In this document: positions 8,558-15,713 of the stretch, one piece after another
How the letters are laid out: each line of letters starts with the position of its first letter
Numbering within the stretch: position 1 is the first letter of the stretch
Source: an uncultured candidatus Brocadiaceae bacterium
Lineage (GTDB): Bacteria; Planctomycetota; UBA1135; UBA2386
DNA: 64,000 nt
Assembly: GCA_964418595.1 (NCBI GenBank)
Contig: CAYQMF010000002.1
Coordinates: 41,723-105,722 of the forward strand
Direction of reading: 5' to 3'
The notes under the pieces: generated by a model
Seen by the model: the letters and a program-made list of their open reading frames with translations, nothing else
The model's database searches: none
What the model was told of the DNA's origin: nothing
Program-made: the position numbers and the translations under genes

Positions 8558-9573
8558 CGCGCAGCGTCATGCTCGCCGGAACGATCCAGGCGGAGGGCGG
8601 CGATCTGCTCGGACACCAACCCCAGGCCGAAGATCATGGTCGCCTGGACCATCAGCATCACCGCCATGTTGGTGAATCGGCCGTAGGCGAAGTAGGTGAA
8701 CGCGTACCACGCGACGCCCAACGTGAAGACCAGCGCCGCCACCGGACCGAACACGCGCAGCGGCGCGAAGAACGTCGCGATGCGCAGGATGATCATGACG
8801 AACCGGCTGCCGTCCTGCAGAAGCCGGATGTGGCTCTTGCCGCGCCGCGAACGCACCGCGATCGGGTGGAACGCCACCGAGTAGCCGGCGCGCAGCATCG
8901 CCAGCGTGATCGTCGTCGGATAGCTGAACGTGTTGGGCAGCAAGTACACGAACGACTTGAGCACGTCGGCACGCACCAGCCGGAACCCGCTCGTGAGGTC
9001 CGGGATCCGGCGACCGGTGACGTACGACGCCAGACCGTTGTAGATGCGGTTCGCGAGGTTGCGGTGCCACGCCCCGCCGCGTCCATCACGGGAGCCCACC
9101 ACCATGTCGTAGCGCTCCGCCAGCGCGAGCATCGCCGGGATCGCGGCGGGAGGATGCTGGCCGTCGCCATCCATGAGCAGCACCCAGTCGCGCGTCGCGG
9201 TCCGGATTCCGCGCTTCACCGCCGCGCCGTTGCCGAGCGAGTCGGCATGCGAGAAGACCGTGGCGCCGTGCGCGGCGGCGATCGCAGGCGTGGCGTCGGT
9301 CGAGCCGTCGTCGACGACCACGATCTGCACGTCGAGCCCCTGCGCCTGGATCGGCGCCAGCACGCGGTGCAGTTCGACGAGCAGCGAGCCCAGGTTGGCT
9401 TCCTCGTTCCGGGCCGGCACGGCGATCGTCACCGAAGTCACCCGGCGGACCGGCGGTGTCATCGGCGCCGCGGGCGCGGTGACCGGACCCGAGGCCATGA
9501 GCCCGCCGAGCGTCGGGGTCGCCTGGCTCACGTCCGGACCGGGCGGAGCGACGTCGCGAACGGTGGAGTTCAT
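8554..9573 (-). CDS. GT2 polyprenyl-phosphate sugar synthase-like enzyme (GtrB/DPM1/ArnC type) with two C-terminal TM helices
   Basis: VTIAVPARNEEANL, IVVVDDGSTDAT, LLMDGDGQHPP and DLTSGFRLVR form a GT-A DxD-type catalytic domain. It is followed by two hydrophobic helices (FVMIILRIATFFAPLRVFGPVAALVFTLGVAWY; MAVMLMVQATMIFGLGLVSEQI). The start could also be an internal Met. Confidence 0.85.
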   Translation of the reverse strand: MNSTVRDVAPPGPDVSQATPTLGGLMASGPVTAPAAPMTPPVRRVTSVTIAVPARNEEANLGSLLVELHRVLAPIQAQGLDVQIVVVDDGSTDATPAIAAAHGATVFSHADSLGNGAAVKRGIRTATRDWVLLMDGDGQHPPAAIPAMLALAERYDMVVGSRDGRGGAWHRNLANRIYNGLASYVTGRRIPDLTSGFRLVRADVLKSFVYLLPNTFSYPTTITLAMLRAGYSVAFHPIAVRSRRGKSHIRLLQDGSRFVMIILRIATFFAPLRVFGPVAALVFTLGVAWYAFTYFAYGRFTNMAVMLMVQATMIFGLGLVSEQIAALRLDRSGEHDAAR

Positions 9574-9652
9574 GCCGCCCGTGCTATCGACAAAACCGGG
9601 CAGCGAGTTGAGGCTTCGGGCGGGGGCGACGGCCGCGGTCGCCAGAAACGAA

Positions 9653-9686
9653 GCGAGGGGGCACGGCTCGCGCCGCGCCCCCTCGC
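9653..9686 (-). terminator. Strong GC hairpin just downstream of the pilin gene (terminator/attenuator candidate; no U-tract)
   Basis: gcgagggggc (9653-9662) is perfectly complementary to gccccctcgc (9677-9686), giving a 10-bp stem with a 14-nt loop. It lies 20-53 nt after the pilin stop at 9706. Confidence 0.4.
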
Positions 9687-9705
9687 GAATCGTCTGATCG
9701 GTCGA

Positions 9706-10434
9706 TCAGTTGACCACGGTCCAGCGCTGAGCGTCCTGGCCGGTGGTGTTGGAGGCGACGGTCGACGCCATCGTCGTGCCCGCGAAGGCGGCGTTGGGGT
9801 TCGGCCCGCGCGTCGTGCCCGTGTACAGGGTACCGGCGACGACGTTCGGGGCGGCCAGCACGTCGCCCGACTGGTTGACGAAGAAGGCGCGCTTGCCCGA
9901 GTTGCCGCGCGAGGCCGGCCACGCGTAGCAGCACCACAGCACCTCGGCCTGCGAGGCGTTGGGGTTGTTGGTCGCGCTCGCGCCACCCGTGGTCGCCTCC
10001 GGCATGAAGCCGGACGTGGCCGTGGGCAGGAACATCGCGAAGTAGTAGCCGGAGCGCAGGACGGCGCCACCGGTCGTGGTCGTGCCGCCCGCGAACGTGA
10101 CCGACGAGGTCGTGCCGAACGCGCCCGAGAGCACGGCCGGGGTGACGCGCGCGGTGGTCGACTGCGCACCGGTGCTCAGGCGGATACCGCGGGTGCCCGC
10201 CATCTCGCCGAAGTAGCCGTACTCGCCGGCGCCGTTGCCGTTGACGTCGATGGCGCCCGAGGCCTGCACCTGGGCCTGCGACGACGAGATGTTCTTCATC
10301 GTCGCGATAGCCGCCGACTCGTTCGCGTTGAGGCGAGCGCTCAGCAGATTGGGAATCGCGATGGACGCGATGATGGCGATGATCGCCACGACGATCATCA
10401 ATTCGATGAGGGTGAAGCCCTGTTGCTTCTTCAC
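9706..10434 (-). CDS. pilA: Type IV (pseudo)pilin, major-pilin candidate (242 aa)
   Basis: GTG start preceded by AAGGAG. N-terminus MKKQQG|FTLIELMIVVAIIAIIASIAIPNLLSARLNANESAAI is a class III signal with the G/F cleavage site, Glu5 and a hydrophobic alpha1 helix. The C-terminal half is Ser/Thr/Gly-rich (GTTSSVTFAGGTTTTGG, TTGGASATNNPNAS) and contains a CC pair (LWCCYAWP). Confidence 0.9.
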   Translation of the reverse strand: MKKQQGFTLIELMIVVAIIAIIASIAIPNLLSARLNANESAAIATMKNISSSQAQVQASGAIDVNGNGAGEYGYFGEMAGTRGIRLSTGAQSTTARVTPAVLSGAFGTTSSVTFAGGTTTTGGAVLRSGYYFAMFLPTATSGFMPEATTGGASATNNPNASQAEVLWCCYAWPASRGNSGKRAFFVNQSGDVLAAPNVVAGTLYTGTTRGPNPNAAFAGTTMASTVASNTTGQDAQRWTVVN

Positions 10435-10466
10435 GTTGACTCTCCTTGTCAGCCTAGCGGAACCAG

Positions 10467-10496
10467 ATTAGCGAGGAAACGCACGCCCCAGGTCAA
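10467..10496 (-). promoter_or_regulatory. Candidate sigma-70-type promoter for the pilin gene
   Basis: In - strand sense: TTGACC (plus 10491-10496), an 18-nt spacer, then GCTAAT (plus 10467-10472). This is about 35 nt upstream of the GTG start, with SD AAGGAG at plus 10442-10447. The -35 element overlaps the stop of the upstream TPR gene. Confidence 0.35.
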
Positions 10497-11386
10497 CGAC
10501 CCGGCTCAGCGTGCGCTGCCCCTTCGAACAGATCCATGAAGCGCCCGGTCGTGGCCATGCTCCGCCAAATGTCGGCGTCGCGGTCCACGAGCCGGCGAAC
10601 CTCGGGCCCCATGCCCTCGATCGCTCGCTCCAACATCTCAGTGGCGATATCGAACTCGCCGGCCTTGGCCTTGAGTCGCGCCGCCCGGTAGTTGCCCAAC
10701 GGTTGGGTCGGCCGCACGCGTTCGTACGTCGAAGCTGCGGTGGCATCGTCGCCAAGCTCTTCCAGCAGATCGCCGGCGTCGATCCAGGCGCGATCCGTCG
10801 GTTGCGCGTGGCCGGCGGCTGCGCGCGCGGCAACCAGCGCCTCAGCGGACCGATCGGCGCGGCGCAGGATCCGTGCCGTTTCGACCTCGGCAGCGGCGCG
10901 CGCCGTACCGAGCACGCCGCCCCCGGCCTGCAGGACCGACAGCGCCGCGGCATCATCGCCGGCCAAGGACAGCATCCTGGCCTCGTTCACGCGCAGTTCG
11001 CCCTTCGCGTCCTGCGCGTCGGCGGTGAGGAGGCCCTCTGCCCGGCGATACGACGCCGCGGCCGCCCGGGCGTCGCCGCGCAGGAAGTGGATGTAGCCGC
11101 GGTACTCCACCGCGAGCGGCGAGTCCTTGCGCAACGCCTCGGCCTGGGTGAGGTACGCCTCGGCGTCGCGGATGAGGGCTTCACGTACGGGAACCGGCGC
11201 ACCGTTGGCATCGGTCGGTGCGAGCTGGGTCGCGTAGCGGAGCTTGATCTCCGCCTGCAGGAGGAAGTGGTCCGGGCCAGGGGGGATCGACGCCGTGGCG
11301 CCGACGAAGACGAGTGCCGCAGCGACGCCCGCACCGAGTCCGTACCCGACCACACGCCGAATCGTGTTCCGTTGCATGGTTCGCAC
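10493..11386 (-). CDS. Membrane-anchored TPR-like repeat protein in the pilus operon (possible assembly/pilotin-like factor)
   Basis: 297-aa ORF with N-terminal anchor VVGYGLGAGVAAALVFVGA, followed by Ala/Arg/Glu-rich helical repeats (AEAYLTQAEALRKDSPLAVEYRGYIHFLRGDARAAAASYRRAEGLL). The start is GTG at 11386, with an alternative ATG at 11377. Confidence 0.7.
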   Translation of the reverse strand: MRTMQRNTIRRVVGYGLGAGVAAALVFVGATASIPPGPDHFLLQAEIKLRYATQLAPTDANGAPVPVREALIRDAEAYLTQAEALRKDSPLAVEYRGYIHFLRGDARAAAASYRRAEGLLTADAQDAKGELRVNEARMLSLAGDDAAALSVLQAGGGVLGTARAAAEVETARILRRADRSAEALVAARAAAGHAQPTDRAWIDAGDLLEELGDDATAASTYERVRPTQPLGNYRAARLKAKAGEFDIATEMLERAIEGMGPEVRRLVDRDADIWRSMATTGRFMDLFEGAAHAEPGR

Positions 11387-11395
11387 GCCCAGGCC

Positions 11396-12628
11396 TCAGC
11401 CGCCCGACAGCTTCTCCTGCAGCTTGAAGATCGGCAGGAACACGGCGAGCACGATGCCGCCGACGATCACGCCCATGACCGCGATCATGATCGGTTCGAT
11501 CATGGAGGTGAGACCCTTGACGTCGGCCTCGACTTGCTGGTCGTAGAACTCGGAGATCTTCTCGAGCAACGCGTCCAGTGCGCCGGACCGCTCGCCGATG
11601 CCGATCATCTTCGTCACCATCGGTGGGAAGACGTCGCTCTGACCCAGGGGCTCGGACAGCGATTCGCCGGCGCTGACGTTGGCCTTCGCCGCGTCGATCA
11701 CCTTCGAGATGACGAGGTTGCCGGAGGTCTCCGACACGATCTCCATCGCTGCCAGGATCGGCACACCGCTCTTGATCAGCGTCGAGAAGGTGCGGGCGAA
11801 CCGCGACAGGGCAACCTTCCGGAACAGCGGGCCGAACACCGGAAGCTTGAGGATCATCGCGTCCCACAGGTAGGCGCCCTTCGGCGTCTTCTTCCAGGCC
11901 CGCACCCCGAAGATCATGGCCGGGAACGAGAGCGCCATCAGCCACCACGAGTCGCGCATGAAGAACGCGAGGTCCATGATCGCGACCGTCAGCCCGGGGA
12001 GTTCCACCTCCAGCGAGTCGAAGACCGGCTTGAACGAGGGGACGATGCCCATCATCAGGAACATCGCGATACCGATGACCAGCACGAGCGAGATGACCGG
12101 GTAGGTCATCGCCGACTTGATCTCGGAGCGCAGATGTGCCGCGGCCTCCAGGTACTCGGAGAGCCGCGTCAGGATGACGTCGAGCTGACCCGACACCTCG
12201 CCGGCGCGGATCATGCTCACGTAGATGTCCGAGAAGACCTTGGGATGGACCTCCATCGACCTGGAGAGGTCGGCGCCCCCGCGGATGTCCTCCACCACCC
12301 TGGCCAGGCAGAAGCGGAAACCCGGGCTCTCCGCCTGATCCGCGAGGATGTCCAGGGCCTCCAGCATCGGGATGCCCGCGGACAGCATCGTGGAGAGCTG
12401 GCGGGTGAAGGTCTCGAGTTCGCCCTTCTTGACCGACGCCCTCTTGGCGACAGGGCGGGGCTTCGGTCCCTTGCGGAAGAGGGAACCCTTGGATTCGTCG
12501 ACCTGGAGCGGCGTCAGCCGGCGACGGCGCAGATCCGCCATCGCTTCGCTCTGCGTCGCCGCCTGAATGGTGCCGCTGACGGTGTTGCCAGTGGCGTCTT
12601 TCGCACGGTACTTGAACGTCGTCGTCAT
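11396..12628 (-). CDS. pilC: Type IV pilus / T2SS platform protein (PilC/GspF family)
   Basis: 410 aa with duplicated GspF-type domains (ELETFTRQLSTMLSAGIPMLEAL; LSRFARTFSTLIKSGVPILAAMEIV) and three TM segments. SD GGGGAG lies upstream. Confidence 0.92.
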   Translation of the reverse strand: MTTTFKYRAKDATGNTVSGTIQAATQSEAMADLRRRRLTPLQVDESKGSLFRKGPKPRPVAKRASVKKGELETFTRQLSTMLSAGIPMLEALDILADQAESPGFRFCLARVVEDIRGGADLSRSMEVHPKVFSDIYVSMIRAGEVSGQLDVILTRLSEYLEAAAHLRSEIKSAMTYPVISLVLVIGIAMFLMMGIVPSFKPVFDSLEVELPGLTVAIMDLAFFMRDSWWLMALSFPAMIFGVRAWKKTPKGAYLWDAMILKLPVFGPLFRKVALSRFARTFSTLIKSGVPILAAMEIVSETSGNLVISKVIDAAKANVSAGESLSEPLGQSDVFPPMVTKMIGIGERSGALDALLEKISEFYDQQVEADVKGLTSMIEPIMIAVMGVIVGGIVLAVFLPIFKLQEKLSGG

Positions 12629-12641
12629 CGTGTTCTCCCCT

Positions 12642-14354
12642 TCAGTCCGGCATGGTGACGCGCTCGACCTCTTCGATCGTGGTCACGCCCCGCATCACGT
12701 TTAGCAACCCGCAGCGGCGCAGCGTGAGCATGCCCTCCGCGAGCGCCGCCTGTTTCAACTCCGCCGCCGCACGTCGTTCGACCACCATGCGCTTGATGGT
12801 CTCGGACATGCGCATGGTCTCGAGCACCGCGAACCGGCCCTTGTAGCCGGTGCCACACCGCGGGCAGCCGACGGCCTTGTGCACCTGGAAGTCGGGCTTC
12901 GCCAGATCCTCCTCGGAGAACCCCAGCCGCAGGTACACCTCGCGCGGATAAGTCGTCTCGACCTTGCACGATGCGCACAGCTTGCGCGCCAGTCGCTGCG
13001 CGCAGATCAAGGTCGTGGCGCTCGCGATGTTGAACGGATCCATCCCCATGTCCACCATGCGGACGATGGTGCCCACCGCGTCGTTGGTGTGCAGGGTGCT
13101 CAGCACCAGGTGTCCGGTGAGTGCGGCCTTCACCGCGATCTCGAGCGTCTCCTGGTCGCGGATCTCGCCGAGCAGGATGACGTCGGGATCCTGACGCAGG
13201 ATCGAGCGCAGGGCGCCGGCAAAGGTCAGGCCGCGCTTGGGGTTCACCGGCACCTGATTGATCCCCTCGATCGTGTACTCGACGGGATCCTCGACGGTGA
13301 CCAGGTTGATCTCGGGATCCGCGATGTGCCGCACCGCCGAGTAGAGCGTCGTCGACTTCCCTGACCCCGTCGGTCCGGTGACGAGGATCATCCCGTAGGG
13401 ACGCTCCACCGCCCACTTGTAGTCCTCCATGCTCCGGGCCTCGAACCCGAGCGCGGCGATGTCGACCGCGAGGTTCGACGAGTCGAGGATCCGGAAGACG
13501 GTCTTCTCGCCCCACACCACCGGCAGAATCGACACGCGGAAGTCGATCGCCTTGTTGCCGAGCCGCATCTGGAACTTGCCGTCCTGCGGCCGCTGCTTCT
13601 CGGCGATGTCCAGCTTGGACATGATCTTGATGCGCGACGTGACGGTGTTCTGCATCCGCTTGGGCAGCGTCATCGCCTCGATCAGGCAGCCGTCACGGCG
13701 GTAGCGCACGATCATGCGCTTCTCGAAGGGCTCGAAGTGGATGTCGCTGGCGCCCTGCGAAACGCCGTCGGCGATGATCTTGTTCACCATCTTCACCACC
13801 GGCGACGATTCGTCGCTGATGGCATTGAGGTCCATGGCGTCGTCCTCGGCCGACTCCTCGCGAAGTTCGAGGTCGGAGTCGTCGAAGGCACCGAGGATGT
13901 CGCCTACGGCCTCTTCGTCGGATTTGTAGGCGACGCCCAGGGCCTGATCGATGGCCTCCTCCGTCGTGATCACGAGGCGGAGCTGACAGCCCGTGATGAC
14001 ACGGATGTCATCGAGTTGCAGCACGTCGAACGGATCGACGACCGCCAGCGTGAGCATGTTGCCGATCCGATCGATCGGGAAGATCCGGCGCTCCTTCACC
14101 ACGTCCGCTCCGACGACCTGCAGCACCTCCGGGTTGAACTTCACGCGCTGCAGGTTGATCGGTGGCACGTTCGCGACACGGGCGAGCAGCGCGAGGATCT
14201 CGTCGGCCGAACACAGGCCCTTCTTGGCGACCACGCTCGTGAGCGATGACTTGGACTGCTGCGCCTCCTGCAGGAGGGCTGCGCCCGCGTCCGGCGCGAT
14301 CTTCCCCGACTTCTCGAGGATGACGCGCAGCTTCTTGTCGAGCTGCAGGGTCAT
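12642..14354 (-). CDS. pilB: Type IV pilus assembly ATPase (PilB/GspE family)
   Basis: 570 aa with Walker A GPTGSGKSTT, Asp box, Walker B VILLGEIRD, His box TGHLVLSTLHTN and a tetracysteine motif CASC..CPRCGGTGYKGR-like (CASCKVE, CPRCGTGYKGRFAV). The N-terminus carries a GspE_N-type domain. Confidence 0.95.
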   Translation of the reverse strand: MTLQLDKKLRVILEKSGKIAPDAGAALLQEAQQSKSSLTSVVAKKGLCSADEILALLARVANVPPINLQRVKFNPEVLQVVGADVVKERRIFPIDRIGNMLTLAVVDPFDVLQLDDIRVITGCQLRLVITTEEAIDQALGVAYKSDEEAVGDILGAFDDSDLELREESAEDDAMDLNAISDESSPVVKMVNKIIADGVSQGASDIHFEPFEKRMIVRYRRDGCLIEAMTLPKRMQNTVTSRIKIMSKLDIAEKQRPQDGKFQMRLGNKAIDFRVSILPVVWGEKTVFRILDSSNLAVDIAALGFEARSMEDYKWAVERPYGMILVTGPTGSGKSTTLYSAVRHIADPEINLVTVEDPVEYTIEGINQVPVNPKRGLTFAGALRSILRQDPDVILLGEIRDQETLEIAVKAALTGHLVLSTLHTNDAVGTIVRMVDMGMDPFNIASATTLICAQRLARKLCASCKVETTYPREVYLRLGFSEEDLAKPDFQVHKAVGCPRCGTGYKGRFAVLETMRMSETIKRMVVERRAAAELKQAALAEGMLTLRRCGLLNVMRGVTTIEEVERVTMPD

Positions 14355-15448
14355 CGCTTCTTGCCGACCAGAGCCGATGTCGCGTTCGGACGCTGCGCCA
14401 GCCGCTCGAGATCCGAGAGGTCGGTGGAGTGGTTGATGGCATCCTCCCAGGTGATGTGGCCGCCCCGGAACAGGTCGTAGAGCGACTGGTTCATCGTCCG
14501 CATTCCGAACTGGCCACCGGTCTGCACGATCGATGCGATCTGGTGCGCCTTGTTCTCGCGGACGAGCGCGCGCACGGCCGGCGTACAGATCAGGATCTCC
14601 GATGCCAAAGCCCGGCCGCGACCATGCGCGCGCGGCACGAGTTGCTGGCAGATCACCGCCTGTAGGGCGAACGACATCATCGTGCGGATCTGCTGCTGCT
14701 GATGTGCCGGGAAGACGTCGACGACGCGGTTGACGGTCTGCACGACATCCGAGGTGTGCAGCGTGCCGAACGTCAGGTGACCGGTCTCGGCAAGGGTCAG
14801 CGCCGCCTCGATCGTCTCGAGGTCACGCATCTCGCCCACCAGGACGACGTCGGGGTCCTGGCGGACGACCGAGCGCAGCGCAGCGCCGAACCCGTGTGTA
14901 TCCGAGCCGACCTCGCGCTGGTTGATGAGGCAGCTCTTGTTGCCGTGCAGGAACTCGATCGGGTCCTCGATGGTGACGATGTGGCCCTGCTGCGACTGGT
15001 TGATGTGGTCGACCAGTGCCGCCAGGGTCGTGGACTTGCCGGAGCCCGTCGCGCCGGTGCACAGCACGAGACCGCGGTTCAGGGCGCAGATGTCCTCGCA
15101 GACCTTCCGGGGCAGACCCACCTGCTCGAAGTTGAAGACTTCGACGGGGATGATGCGAAGCACCGCGGCGATCGTGCCGCGCTGGATGAACGCGTTGGTC
15201 CGGAAGCGACCGAGGTTGGCGACGCCGAACGAGAAGTCCAGCTCCCAGTGCTTCTCGAACTTCGCGATCTGGTCGGTCGACATCACCGAGTAGATCAGCT
15301 TCTTGCTGACCTCCGGGGTGAGCGGCGGATAGTCGGTGTCGATCAGCCTGCCATCGACGCGCACCTTGGCAGGGCCGCCGACCGAGAGATGAAGGTCAGA
15401 GCCCCCCTGCTGCACCAGCAGGTTGAGCAGTTCTTCCATCGAAACCAT
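14351..15448 (-). CDS. pilT: Twitching-motility retraction ATPase PilT
   Basis: 365 aa: GGSDLHLSVG, Walker A GATGSGKSTT, VVLVGEMRD, TGHLTFGTLHTS and a PilT-type PAVRALVRENKAHQI motif (AIRNLIRE-like). Its stop overlaps the pilB ATG as ATGA. Confidence 0.93.
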   Translation of the reverse strand: MVSMEELLNLLVQQGGSDLHLSVGGPAKVRVDGRLIDTDYPPLTPEVSKKLIYSVMSTDQIAKFEKHWELDFSFGVANLGRFRTNAFIQRGTIAAVLRIIPVEVFNFEQVGLPRKVCEDICALNRGLVLCTGATGSGKSTTLAALVDHINQSQQGHIVTIEDPIEFLHGNKSCLINQREVGSDTHGFGAALRSVVRQDPDVVLVGEMRDLETIEAALTLAETGHLTFGTLHTSDVVQTVNRVVDVFPAHQQQQIRTMMSFALQAVICQQLVPRAHGRGRALASEILICTPAVRALVRENKAHQIASIVQTGGQFGMRTMNQSLYDLFRGGHITWEDAINHSTDLSDLERLAQRPNATSALVGKKR

Positions 15449-15713
15449 GAGCTGCCTCGCATCTGGGGTCTCGCGCCGGACGGAAGTCGCGCGGCGTCGA
15501 ACCCGATCCGCCTATCGGCAGGCGAGGCTGCTGCAATTGAGGGCCACTGCGGCATTACCGCGGTCGCAAGGGCACGTGCCTGCGGTACGCCCGGCGGGGG
15601 AGGAGCGGACGACAGCCTTGCCGCGGCCGCTGCCTTGGCGGTCGCAGCCGACAACGGCCAAGCACCTGCGCTGGCGGGGCAAGCTCGGCCAGCGCTCCAA
15701 AGGCAGCGCTCGC

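Noticed and set aside
10435-10492. A sigma-54 promoter for the pilin gene, as in Myxococcus or Pseudomonas pilA.
   Set aside because: No TGGCAC-N5-TTGC-like string with correct spacing occurs in the 58-bp gap. The closest strings (TGGGGCGTGCGTTTCC, TGGTTCCGCTAGGC) fail at the -12 or -24 core. A sigma-70-like TTGACC/GCTAAT pair fits better.
15571-15580. The perfect palindrome GGCACGTGCC upstream of pilT, considered as a sigma-54 -24 element.
   Set aside because: The spacing to a GC dinucleotide is off by one on both strands: GG-N9-GC on the + strand and GG-N11-GC (GGCACGTGCCCTTGC) on the - strand. It may still be a regulator-binding palindrome, but I cannot support a promoter call.
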